Below, in pieces: positions 35,222 to 47,200 of a DNA stretch of 64,000 nucleotides. The notes under the pieces were generated by a model. The model searched no databases, was not told the origin of the DNA, and saw only the letters and a program-made list of their open reading frames with translations. The stretch is from Scenedesmus sp. PABB004 (Eukaryota): NCBI GenBank assembly GCA_014905635.1, contig JABVCE010000023.1, positions 310,001 through 374,000 of the forward strand, written 5' to 3'. Within the stretch, counting starts at the first letter, position 1. Each line of letters opens with the position of its first letter. Both the position numbers and the translations under genes were made by a program.

Positions 35222-35369
35222 GGCGGCTGGCACCGCTGGCCCGAGCGCCGGCGGCGGCGGGCCCGTGCTGGGCGGGTCGGGGCGCGAGCACGCTGGCGGG
35301 GGGTCGGGGCACAGAGAGCTGGCGCTGCCTGCCGCGGCGATCGTGCTGGGCCCAAGCGGGGCGTACTGA
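28019..35369 (+). CDS. Receptor-type class III adenylate/guanylate cyclase: signal peptide, LRR ectodomain, one TM, two cyclase domains
   Basis: Signal peptide; LRR N-cap (SYCWWWGVSCC); LRRs (LKGTLPDLFAALPDLQVLDVSYNR, LRGTLPPSLGGLRSLWQLNI); TM (VLVIVILVPSLAVSVGLVLLSVALM). Cyclase 1: VTLVVTDVEGSTELWE, YEVTTEGDSF, FRGLRVRVAI. Cyclase 2: YECQETDG, FRGVRARVGI, ADYFGPPVNRAAR, TFKG. Stop at 35367-35369. Confidence 0.88.
35153..35220 (+). repeat. (GGC)n coding trinucleotide repeat (poly-Gly, ~23 residues) in the cyclase C-terminus
   Basis: Uninterrupted GGC run, in frame with the last cyclase exon. Confidence 0.9.
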
Positions 35370-35569
35370 CTGAGAGGAGAGCCCTGGTGACCGTGCAAGA
35401 ACTCATGCTGCGCCAGTGCCGGCGGTGGGCGGCGGCGGCGGCGCCGGGTCGGGGCGCGGCGAGGGCCGGCGGCGCACCGCTCTCGCTGTCCGCGCCGCGC
35501 CGCCGCGCCGGCACTCTCGGCCTCGCCCCCCAGCTCCGTAGCAGCTGCGGCAGCTGGCAGCGCGCCACG

Positions 35570-37724
35570 ATGCTGGTTCGCAGCTCACGGCACGCGCGCG
35601 GGGCCGGCGCCCTCCGGGCGGCTCCCGTGGTCGGCCAGCTCGTCGTGATCAGGCCGCGAGTGGCGAGCAGGGCCTGCGCCGTGGCCTCCAGCAGCGCAGG
35701 TGCGCACCCGCACACCCGCGCCCCGGCGGGCCGCGGGGCGTTTCCAGCGCGGCGGCGGGAGGATCTGGTCGCGGCGCGCGTGGGCTGGACGCCTGGCAGC
35801 GCCCGAGCGAGGGCGGCGAGCGGGATGCGAAAGCCTGCAGGCCCGCCCTGGGCGGAGCAGGTCCCGCATGGCGCTCGGGCACAGCGCTGCGGCACCGGGG
35901 GGCCTGGCACAGTGCTCAGCCCGCGCTGCCACGCAATGCGCGCGCCGGCGGCGGCGGCAGCGCCGGCAGCAGCGCCGCCGCTGCTCGCGCGCCGGCCGCG
36001 CGCCGCCCGCGCCGCCGCCGCCACCATCATCGCCCCGACGACGCCCCTGCTGCCGTCGCCGCCGCCCGCAGCGGCCGCCGTGGTGGTCACGGCCAAGCCG
36101 TCCGACGGAGGCGCCGCGCCCGCCGCGCCGGCGCCCGCGGGCGGCGCGCCCGCTGCGCAGCAGGCGGCGGCGCGCGCGCCCGCGAAGCAGCTGCGCCTGC
36201 GCAGCGCGGCGGCGTACTTGCCGCACCCAGACAAGGTGGGCGGGGGTGCTCGCCGGCTCAGCCCAGGGCCGCGCCGCCTGGCGCGCGCGCGGCGGCGGTC
36301 GGCCGACGTCCGGCTGCCACGCCGCGCGCCGCAGGAGCACTATGGCGGCGAGGACGCGCACTTTGTGAGCACGCTCAGCGGCGGCGCCATCGGCGTGGCA
36401 GACGGTGCGGCGCAGCCGCGGCGCGGCGCGGCGGGGCGCTCGCTCCGCCGCCTGCGCCGCCTCGCCGCTGCCTCGGCGCCGCCGCCTCAGCGCCGCCCGC
36501 CGCCTCAGCGCCGCCGCCGCCTCACCCCCCCCCCCCCACGACAAACGCCCAGGCGTGGGCGGGTGGGCCGAGTCTGGCGTGAACCCGGCCGAGTACAGCC
36601 GCACGCTCATGCGCGTCGCGGCGGCGTACATCGAGGGCGCCGACACGCGCGCCGTCGCGGCGGCGAGCATGTCGGGCAGCGCCGAGAGCAGCCCCTGCGC
36701 GAGCCTGAGCAGCGTCGACTTCTGGGGCGGCCCGCTCGGCAGCGGCGACGCGGGCGGCGCGTGCTGCGTGGTCGACCCGCGCGGCGCGCTCGACGCGGCG
36801 CACCGCCTGACCAAGCTCCCCGGCAGCGCGACCGCGTGCGTGCTGCAGCTCGACCCCGGGGCGCAGGCGCTGATCGCGGCCAACCTCGGGGACAGCGGCT
36901 TTGTCGTCGTGCGCGACGGCGCGGTCGTGCTGCGCAGCAGCCCCAAGCAGCACTTTTTCGACTGCCCGCTGCAGTTTGGCGCCTTCCCGGAGCACGTCGA
37001 CGGCACCGACACCGCCGACGACGCCGAGCTCTACACCCTGCCCGTGCAGGCCGGCGACGTGATCGTCGCGGGTGCGCGGCATGCGCAGCGGGGCGCCGCC
37101 GCCGCGCTCGCGCCGGCGCCGGCGCCGGCTGCGAGCCCGCGTCTGACACCGCGCCGCCGTCGCCGCGTCACCAATGCCAGGCTCGGACGGCCTGTGGGAC
37201 AACGCGTACGCGCACGAGATCCTGGCCCTGCTGCCGCGCGCGCCGGAGGGCGTCGACGCGGCGGCCGACGCGATCGCGCAGCTCGCGCGGCGCCACGCGT
37301 CCGACCCCGACTTTGCGAGCCCGTACACCGAGGAGGCCAAGGCCCAGGGGTGCGCCCGCGCCGCCGCGCCCGGGGCCGGGGCTGCGGCCGCGCGCGCTCC
37401 ACGCGCGCGCCTGCACGCGCACCTGCTCGCACGCACGCCCGCCGTGCCCGCCCGCGCCCGCCCACGCCTCCGCCCCCCGCCGCCGCCCCGCCCGTGCCCG
37501 CCAGGCTTGACTGGCCGCTGTGGATGAAGGTGGTCAACACCCGCCTCGTGGGCGGGCGGCTGGCACTGGGGGAGCTCACGGGCGGCAAGATGGACGACAT
37601 CACAGTCCTGGTCGCGGTCGTTGAGGAGGTGGAGGTGGCGGCAGCGGCAGAGGCAGAGGCAGAGGCAGGGGACGCCGCGCAGGCGGGGGCGGGCGCCGAG
37701 ACGGCGGCGGGCGCGAGCGCGTGA
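35570..37724 (+). CDS. PP2C phosphatase of the PTC7 group, PBCP-like (photosystem II core phosphatase), likely plastid-targeted
   Basis: AAYLPHPDK..GGEDAHF, GVADGVGGWAESGVNPA, GSATAC, ANLGDSGF, HFFDCPLQ, GSDGLWDN, SPYTEEAKAQGLDWPLW and GGKMDDITVLVA. The SPY..A...G.D.P.W segment resembles PBCP. The start at 35570 (transit-like MLVRSSR..) is inferred; 35936 is an alternative. Confidence 0.85.
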
Positions 37725-38215
37725 GCGCGGGGCAGGGTGTGGAGGGGGAGCAGGGGGCCAGCGGGCGGCCGCGCGTCGATTGCAAGACATGGACGGCGGC
37801 GAGCGGCGGGCGGGCGCGGCGAGCGCTCTCTGTTGGCGCGCGGGCGCGGGCGGCGCGCCGCTGCCCGCGCCCGGCGCCCTGCTGCGGGGCAGCGCGCTGC
37901 GCGCGCCGCGGCGTGGTTTTGGGCAGCGATGTCGTGCACAGGCATGCGGCCTCGAGGAGTTGGCGCGGCAGGGGGCGGGCGGCGATTGCCTTTTGCGTTT
38001 TGCTGACGGCGAGCCGTGTACACTAGGCGAGGCGACGGGCGGCGCGCAGCTCCCTGCGGAGCACACCCGCCGGCGGGGCGAGGACGAGGACGAGGGCGAC
38101 GAGCGGCGGCGCGAGAGAGCACGAACTGTGGCCAGCAGCTGGCCGGCGTCGAGTAAGGGCTGAGCGACTGCACGGCGCGGGGTCACACGATTGCGCGGCG
38201 CGGCGTCAGGCGCGG

Positions 38216-41200
38216 TCAGTCGTCGAGCGCGCACAGCGCGGCCGCGCCCCGCAGCGCCCACGCCTCCGCGTCGCCGGCGGCGCGCACGGGCAGCTCCAGG
38301 TGCAGCAGCGCGCCCCCGCGCGCCGGCGTGCGGAAGAGCGGGCAGGCGTACGTGGGCGCGGGCGCGCCGCCGCCGAGCTGCGATAGCCGCCGCGCGCGCG
38401 CGACCGCCGCCGCCGCGGCGCCGGCGCCGGGCGCCGCCGCGCCGCCCTCGGGCTCGGGCGCGGTGTCGCGCGGCAGGAGGTGCAGCACCGGCAGCGCGCT
38501 GGACATCTCGCCCGGCGCGGGGTCGGCAAGGCAGCCGGCGGCCCCGTCAAGCCTGCGCCGGCATCGCAGCGCGCGGGAGGCGTGGGCGAGGCGCCCGCGC
38601 CCGTGCCCGCGCGCCCGCGCCGGCGCGCCCGCGCAGGCGCACCTGGCGGCCTCCAGCAGCAGGCCGTGCACGTACACGCCCGCCGCCGGCGGCGCGGCGA
38701 CGTCGGCGGGCCCCGCCGCGTCCGGCAGCAGCCGGAAGCCAAACGCCAGCCGGTCGACGGGCGTGCCGCTGCCGCGCGCCGCCGCCTGCAGCACGCCAGT
38801 GAGGAAGGCCTGCGGGAAGAACAAGCCTGCCGGGGTGAGGCAGCAGGGCGGCAGCCGCGGGCGGGCGGGCATCAGTCTGGTTGCCGCGCGCGCGCGCGCG
38901 CGCGCGCGCCGGGGCCAATGCCAGCGAGGCCGCAGACGCGCCGCCGCCGCCGCCGCCGCCCCAGCGAGCCGCGCCGCGCCGCGCACCCGGCAGCCAGAAC
39001 GAGGCGGGCTGGCCCGTCGTGAGCCACGCGCGCACGAAGGCGACGCGCCGCGCCAGATCGGCGAGCCAGCTCGCGAGCGGCTTGCCGCTCGGGTAGGCGG
39101 CGGCAGCCCAAGCGGGCGGCACCTGCGCGCGGCGCAGCCGGTGAGGCGTGCGGGCGGGGGCCGGGCCGCTGCCGCCGGCGCCGCGAGCGCGGCGCACCTT
39201 GTGATCGGTGATCGCCGCCAGGCTGGCCTCCGCCTCGCCGCCCAGCACGGCGCGGCCCGCCAGCGCCGCCTGCAGGCCCGCCAGGCTGCCCCGCACCACG
39301 CCCAGCAGCGCGTTGTACCTGCGACGGCGACGGCGAGGCTGGGCCGCCGGCGAGGCGGCGGCCGCAGCAGCCGGAGCTCCGGCTGCGCCGCGCCGCGCCG
39401 CCGCCGCACCGGTGCATCTCCTGGAGCAGCACCACGCCCAGCGAGTTGACGCGGCCGCCGGGGAGCGCACCAAACGGGTCGCGCAGCACCGAGGCGTCGC
39501 GCCGCGCCAGCGGCGCGGGCAGGCCCGCCAGCATCTCCGCCGCGCGGCCGGCCGCGACCGCCTCGGCCGAGGGCGCCGACGCCGCCGCGGCCGCGGCTGC
39601 CGCAGCCGGCTCGCCGCCCGGCTCTGCGGCAGGCCCGCCCGGCGCCGCGCCGGCGCGGGCGCCGCTGTCGCAGAGGCGCGGCGCCATGGCCAGCACCTCC
39701 TCCACCAGCGCCCGCCCCTCCTGGCGGCGCAGCGCGATGCTGGCATTGGGGTGCAGCCCAAACAGGCGCGGGTCGTCGTCGCTGATCGGAAGCGCCGCGA
39801 GCGCCGCGAGCGCGGACGGCACGCTGTCGCACAGCGGGGCCACGAGCGGCGGCGCGCCTGCGGCGGCGGTTGGGCCGGTGGGCGCGGCCCGGGGGCGCGG
39901 CCTGCCAGGCGCGGCCCGCGCGCAGCCTGCGTCCAGCCCGTGCGCAGCCGGCGCGGCGCACCCGTGGCGCCGCCGCCGAGCAGGCCGGCGTCGCGCAGCG
40001 CGTCGGGGCCGAGCAGGCGCGCCGTGATGATGCCCAGCAGGCGGCGGTCGCTGGCGTCGGTAACGCGCCCGCCGTAGCAGGCCTGGGCCACCAGGAAGCG
40101 AAGCCCCCGCCACCCGCCACCGTCCGCGTCGCCGTCCCCGTCCAGGTCGCCGGCCTGCAGCAGCGCCTGCACGTGCGCCAGCGCGCAGCCCAGGTCGGCC
40201 TGCACGAACTCGTACGGACTGCTCCAGCCGAGCGCGCCAAAGCGCCGCCGCTCCTGCAGCAGGCCGTGCAGCAGCGCGCCGGCAAAGACGAGGAGCTGCC
40301 ACGCGCGCGCCCGCCCGCCCAGCGCGCCCGCGGCGAGGCAGCCCGGCGGCAGCGCCGCGTAGCTGGCCGCCAGGCTCGCCCGCAGCCCGCGCGGCGGCTC
40401 CAGCGCCGCCACCACCGAGCGCTGCAGCACGGACGCGGGGAAGCAGTCGGCCGGCGCGCTGGTGAGCCACAGGCGAAAGTCTGGATGCACGGCGGCGTCG
40501 GCGGCGCCCGCAGCGGCCTCCAGCGACTCCACCAGCGCCGCCAGCGCGGGCATCCACGACGGCGCGAGGTGGCAGTTCTGGCGCGGCAGGGCGCGCGCGT
40601 GAGCCTGCGCAGCCGTGCGCCGCCGCCCGCTCGCCCGCGCGGCGCGCGCGCACCTGCACGCACACCCAGTCCCCGCTGCGCATCGCGGCGCGCACGAGCG
40701 CCGCCGCAACAGGGCCCTGCCCCTGGCCGAGGCTGACGGTGGCGAGGCCGCGCCCGAGCGCGCGGCCGTGCTCCGCCGACGCAAAGCGTGCGAGCTCGGC
40801 CAGGGCGTCCGCCCCGGGCGCGAGCACCAGGACGACGGGCGTGCCCGGCCCGCTCTCGCTGTGCAGCTCGGCCAGGCCGCCCGTCGGCGGGCTGACAAAG
40901 CCCGCGCCCAGCGCGCCCGCCACAAACTCGGCCATCGCGCCACCTAGCAGCTCCTCGCGCGCCACCTTGACCAGTAGCAGGCGCTGGAAGGGGGTCAGCC
41001 GCGCGTGCGCCGCCGCTCCCCGCGCGCTGGCCTGCGCCGCCGGCTCCGCCACCGGCTGCTGGCCGCCCAGCCCCGCCGCCGCTGCGAGCCGGTCCAGCAG
41101 GCCGCCGGCGCCAGCAAAGTCCTCGACGCCGCCCGCCAGCAGGAGCTGGCGCCAGCTGTCGACGCTGCCGGGGGCGTCGCCGTCGCCCGCGACGGCCGCG

Positions 41201-44200
41201 CACAGCCCCCCAAGCGCGCCCGGCAGCGCCGCCTCCGCGCCCGCCAGCCCCGCCCACACGGGCGCGGGCACCAGGCGGGCCGCTGCGGCGCGCCGGGCCC
41301 GCCGGCGGGCGGTGACGCCGCCGCCACGGCCGCCCTGCTGCCGCGCAGCAGGAAGTCCCACTCGGCGACGGGCAGGCGCCCCTCGTCGCGCTGCGTGGCG
41401 GCGGCGAGGGCAAAGGCAAAGGCGAGGCGGTGCTGCGAGAAGAGGCGCCGCGCCACGGACCGGTGGATGCGGGCGACCGCGTACGCCGACAGCGCGCCCA
41501 TGCGCGCCTCCAGCGTCGGCGCGGCCGGCGCGGCGGCGACGCAGCGCCGGAACGTGGCCGCGACCGTGGCCAGGCTGGTGGCGTACATCGGGCTCAGCGC
41601 GGGCAGGTCGGCGACCACAAACCACGACCGCGCCACGGCGGCGGGCGGGCCGGTGTACTGCCGCCGCGCCGCGTGTATCGCCGCCTCGGTCGCCTCAGCC
41701 TCGCGCACGCGGCCCGCGATGACGCCTGCGCGGCGCGGGGCGGGGCGGGGCGGGCGGGCGGCGCGCGGGAGCGCGGTGGGTGACAGGGGCGGCACAGGGC
41801 GGGGCGCGGCCGCTGGCGCGCTGGCAGGCGCGCGGCGGGCGCGGTGGGCGTGCGGCGCCGCGCACCCGCGGTCGCCTTTGCGGCGCTGAGCGCCCCGATC
41901 AGGGCCTCGTCGTCCAGCAGGCTGCCGCTCGCCTCGCGCAGCAGGCGCAGCGTGCGGGCCTCCGCCTCGTCCAGGGCGCGCGTGTCGTCGGCAATGCTCC
42001 GCGTGAGTGACACCCGCGCCTCCTCGAGCTCGGGGCGCTCCGCGCGCACGAGGTCGGCCAGGAGCTGCTCCTCGAGCGCCTCGCGCGTGACGCCAAAGTT
42101 GACCACGTTGACGCGCGCCGCCACCTCGGGCAGGAGGTGCGGGTTGGGCAGGGCGCAGCATGCCATGTACAGGCGGAACCCAGGCCCGTACTCCACCTCG
42201 CGCTCACCCAGGACCACCACGCTGCGCCCAACTGCGCGCGCAGGCGCGCGCGCAGGCGCGCCGGCGGCGTTGCACGGGCCGCCCTGCGGCGGGCGCAGCC
42301 GGGCAGGCCTCTCGCGGCGCCGTGGGTGCGAGCCGCGCTCACCCTGCGTGTCGACCTGGCGCAGCAGCAGTGCCTCCAGCCCCGGCGGCGGGCCGGCCTC
42401 GCCGATGCCCTCCAGCAGCACCGGCTGCCCCAGGCGCACAGCGACCTCGAGCTGCCGAAGCAGCGTGGGGTCGCCGGCGCGCACCACCACCAGCCCCGCG
42501 CCCGCCTCCTTGGCGCGGACCCACCTGCCACGCGCAGTCGGTGCGTGGCGGTCGTCGCCGTGCTGTGTGCTGCGCGGCGCTGCGCGACGCCACGCGCGGC
42601 CCCGCCGGCGCACCTGCTGGCCTGGTGCTGTGGGTCGATCATGAGCGGCCAGCGGCGGCCGCGCGTGGCGATGAGCGCGCTGTCGACGCTCGTGGCGTCG
42701 CGCGGCAGGCCATGGGCGCCCCACTCCAGCAGCTCCACGGGGCTCGATAGCACGGCCGGGAGGCTGAAGCCCGGCGCCGTCACGGGCAGCGCAACCGCCT
42801 GGCAGCGGGCGTGCCAGCGGGCCACCAGCTCGGCGCGGAAGGGGCCTGCGGCGGGGCGGCGCGGGGCGGGGCGGGCGGATGGGGCGGCGGCCCCCCGGCG
42901 GCGGCGGCCGCGAGCCCGCGCCCGCCGGTGCCGCCTGGGCGGCGGCGGGGCCGGCGCAGCGGGGGCTGTCACCGGTGAAGGGTCCCAGGTAGTTGACCGC
43001 CGCCGCCGCCAGCAGCGTGTCGCCGAGCAGCAGGCCCAGCCGCGCGCCGAGGCCGTCCGCGGCGGCGCCCCAGCGCACGAGCTCGTCGCCGAGCAGGCTG
43101 GTCAGCCGGCCCGCGCGCCCGAGGCGCTTGCCGCACAGGTCGGCCTGGAACTGCAGCGACGCGAGCTCGCGCTGCGTCTCGGCGAGCTGGCCCTGCAGGC
43201 CCGACACCTTGGCGCGCGTCGCCGACAGCTGCGCGCGCTTGTCGGCGAGCGCGGCGTTGCTCGCGTCCAGCGCCGCCTGCGCGGCTGCGAGCGCCTGGCG
43301 CTTTGGCTCGACAACGCGGAACACGCCCGCATACGTGTCCATCGCCCGCACCCACAGGCACATGCTCTGCGCCGCGCGGCTCTGGCGCCCGACCTGCACG
43401 TCAGCGGCGCGGCGCGGCCGGGGTTGAGCGCCGCCGCCGCCGCGCGCCTGACGCCCTGCCTGCTGGCCCGCCGCGCCGCCGCCTCGCCGCGCCGCCGCCG
43501 CCGCCGCGCCGCGCCTGCTCGGGCGTGAACGCGGGGTCGGCGGTGATGCGGCGCAGCTCGCGGCGCACGCGGTCGCTGATGCGGTCCTTGTCGTAGCACG
43601 TGAGGCGCGCCACAAAGCCGTCGCTGCCGAGCACGCGCTTCGCGGCGTCCCAGTCGGTCTTCTCCTGCAGCAGCGTGCACACGCCCTCCATGGTCAGCTG
43701 CACGAGCGGGGGCGGCTTGATGAAGGTCCGCATCTCGATGATGTCCGCCTTGTTCAGCGCGTCCAGCGCGGCGACCGCCGACTCCAGCGCGGGCAGCACC
43801 GCGGCCTGTGGCGCGCGGCGCGTCAGCCGCAGCGCCGCGGCGGCGGCCGCGCGGCCGTGCGGCGAGCGCGGCGCACGCGCGCGCGCCCGCAGCCCGCACC
43901 AGCTCCGCGGCGGCGCCGTCCTTGAGCGCCGCGCACTCGGCCGCCTGGGCCGCAACCTCCGCCTCCTCCGCGCTCACCACCGTCGCGACGCGCTCCGCCT
44001 CGTCCTGCTCCGCGCGCACCTGAGCGCGCGCGCGTGCGTGCGCGTCGGCGCCGGCGAGCGGCGGGGCGCGTCAGGCGACGCCCGACTGGCCCGCGCGCCG
44101 CCGCGCGTCCCGATCGCGCCGCGCGCCTGCTTGAGCAGCGCCGACGTGGCGGCTGTCTTGTCGGTGAGGAGGGGCTGCAGCCCCGCGAGCTGCGCCCGCA

Positions 44201-47200
44201 TCTGGTCCAGCGAGGCGTTGGCCTCCGCCAGCTTGGCGATGCCGCTGAGCAGGCGCCGCCGGCGGTCGCCCAGCTCCTCGCGCGCCGCGGCGAGCAGGGA
44301 GCCAAACTGGGACAGCAGGTCGAGGTACAGCTTGGGCGTCACGTAGACGCTGCGGGCGTGCGCGGCGGCGGCGGCGTGCGGCGCGCGCAGGTCGGGGCTG
44401 CCGGCTGGCCGCAGCAGCCTGACCGGCCGACAGAGGCGCCGCCACTGCCGCCGCTGCCGCCCTCCCCGGCACGCACCGGCGCTTGAGCTGGGCGTGGAAG
44501 CGCTCCGCCGCCGCCTCCACCGAGCGGTGCACCTCGACGCACAGCGCCGCGACGCACCCCACGAGGCAGGGCGCCGGCGCCGCCGGGGCATCGCCCCCGC
44601 CCGGCCGCACCGCAGCGGGCGCGGCGGGCGCGGCGGGCGCCGGGGCGACGCCGGGCGGCGGCGCTGCGACGGCTGGCTGCTGCTCGAGGCCGAGCTCCAG
44701 GAAGCGCACGCCCATGCCCAGCAGCGCCTCCTCGGGCCAGGGGTCGAACCAGTCGACCGTCGTGCAGGCCACGAGCGCCGGGAAGTCGCGGCACCTGCGC
44801 CGGCGGGACACGGCGGCGCACCGAGGCAGCTCGGCGCGCCGGCCGCCGCGTCCCGCTGCGTCCCGCAGGCAGGCGCGGGCGGGCGCACCTGACGCGGAAG
44901 GCATCGCCCACGGGGCTGGTGGCGAAGACGAGGTGCAGGTGGTGCCGCACGCGGCCGACGAGCGCCGCCCACGCCGCCTGGCGGCCCTCGCCCAGCTCCG
45001 GCAGCCCCGCCAGCCAGGGGCGCGCCTGGTCCAGCAGCGCCGCCTGCTCGTCGGGCGTGAACAGCCCTGGCGCCGGGCGCAGGGGCGGTGCGGGCGCGGT
45101 CGGTGCTGCGCGGCGCCGCAACGAGCCCTGGCGCCCCGCGCGCGCGCGCGCGCACCGCTGATCTCCCCCGTGCTGAGCAGCGTGGCGACGTCCCCAGCAT
45201 CGCCTCGTCCACCAGCTGCGCGTCCGTGAGCAGCAGCACCACGTGCCGCCCCTCCGCGCCAGCAACCTGCCGCGGGCGCGCGTGAGCGAGGGCCGCCGCC
45301 CGGGCCACAGCGCGGCGCCCGGGCCCGCCCATGCGCAGCGCCGGGCCCCTGCACGCCGTGCCAGGGGATAGGGGGGAGGGCTCACCCGGTAGAGTCCCTT
45401 GACCTCCTCCCTGAACGCCGCGAGGCCGTAGCCGGCGCCCGCGGCGGGCGTGAAGACCTCGCAGTCCGCGAGCCGCGCGGTGAAGCGCATGAGGCTCTGC
45501 TTGCCGCTGCCGCCCACGCCGACAAGCAGCGCGCTGCCCCTGCGGCGGGGCGTGAGGGCGGCCGGCGGAGCCTCAGCGCCACACCGTCACGGCGCCCCGC
45601 CGCGCCGCGTGCTGCGCGCGCCGTGCCGCCGACCTTGGCCGCCGCAGCACGCGCGCCAGCCGCACGACGTGCAGCACCGCGTCCCTGAAGAACACCAGGT
45701 CCAGCCTGCAGCACCCGCCGACGGGCGCCGCCGCGGCCGCCGCGCCGGCGGCGCCGCCGGGCCGCCGCCCCGCCGCGGCCGCGGCGGCGGCGGCGAGCGC
45801 GGCGCTGGCGGCGGTGCCGCGGGCGGCGTTGTACTCCTCCTGGCAGCGCGCCAGCAGCGCCGCGAGCTGCGGCACGCCCGGGAGCTGCTCGTACGCACGC
45901 TCGCGCCGCGGCACGCCGGGGCGGCCAAAGTCGCCAAACAGCAGCGGCGCGTCGCCGCCAAACAGGCCCGCGCTTGCGACGCCGTCGGCGCCGGGTGGCG
46001 GCGCCGCCGCGCCGTCTGCGGCGCCGTCCGCCGGCGGCGGCTGCCAGCCAAACTGGGACACGAGGAGGCGCTGCTGCTGGCCGGCGAGCCAGTCGCGGTC
46101 GTCGCGGCAGACGAGGCGGTCGCCAAACACGCGCTGCACCTCGTGCGCCCACAGGCGCGTGAGCACGGCCGTCGGGCAGCCGCCGCACTGCGCGGGCCGG
46201 ATGCTCAGCACGCCCTGCGGGCGGACGCGGCGGCGAGCGGGGGTGTGTGACACGGGCCGGCGCGCAGCACGCACAGCAGGCAGGGTAAAAAGGTCCGACG
46301 CCTGCCCGCGCGCGCGGCCGCCGCGCCACGCGCCTGCATGACCGCGGCGACGTCCCTGAACGAGAACAGGTAGTGGCTGCGCGACGGCGTCGGCAGCAGC
46401 GCCGCGCTGGCGGCGCCGTACAGCTCGACGGTGGCCTCCACCAGCGGCCGCAGCAGCCGGCTGCGCACGTCTGCGGGCGCGGCGCGAGGCGCCGCGCAGC
46501 ACGTGCGCGGGTCGAGGCCGGCGACGGCTGGCTCGCGCGCGAGCTTGCTCAGGCCGCAGCGCGCGTTTGCGCGCCCCACCTGGCGTGAAGTGGGCGTCCA
46601 GGAAGCCGCCCAGCACGGCGGTGCAGATGCGCCGCAGCCCGACCTCGCTCGGCGGCGGCACCGCCAGCGTCAGCATGTGCCGCGTGAGCCGGCCGCTCAT
46701 CTCATGCCGCCCGCTGCCGGGCGGGCCGCACGCGCCGACCAGCACCGTGTCGACCACCTCCCGCCACTCCAGCGACCGCCTGGAGAGCGGGCGGCGGCCA
46801 CGCCGTGTGGGCGGGCGGCGCGCGCGCGCGTCGCGCGCGCGCGCGGCGCCGCCACGCACCCGGCAAACATCCCGCCGCGGTCGAGCAGCAGGCGCAGCAT
46901 CTCCAGCGGCGGCTGCGCGCCCGTTGCCTGCCGCTGCGGGAGGTTGAGGTCGTCCACAAACACCACCAGCGCCTGCCCCGCGGGCGGGCCCAGCTGCCTG
47001 GCGGCCGCAGGCGCGGCGGCGGCGGAGGAAGGGGGCGTTTGGCACGTAGCTCCGGCCTGCGCAGCTGCTCCCCTGAGCGTGCGCGGCCCGCCGACGCGCG
47101 CGCGCGCGCGCCCCACCTCGCCCCGCGCCGTGCCAGCGCGCCCTCGAGCAGCCCCTGCGCCGCCGCCGCGCTGGTGTGCGCGCAGCAGTGCAGCGTGACG

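Noticed and set aside
41265..45200. Dynein pseudogene call based on frameshifts at ~41271 and ~45193
   Set aside because: Both are single-base losses in short C/G homopolymers (restoring PAWVPAPVW and MLGDVATLL). I noticed no in-frame stops in the exons and the motor motifs are intact.
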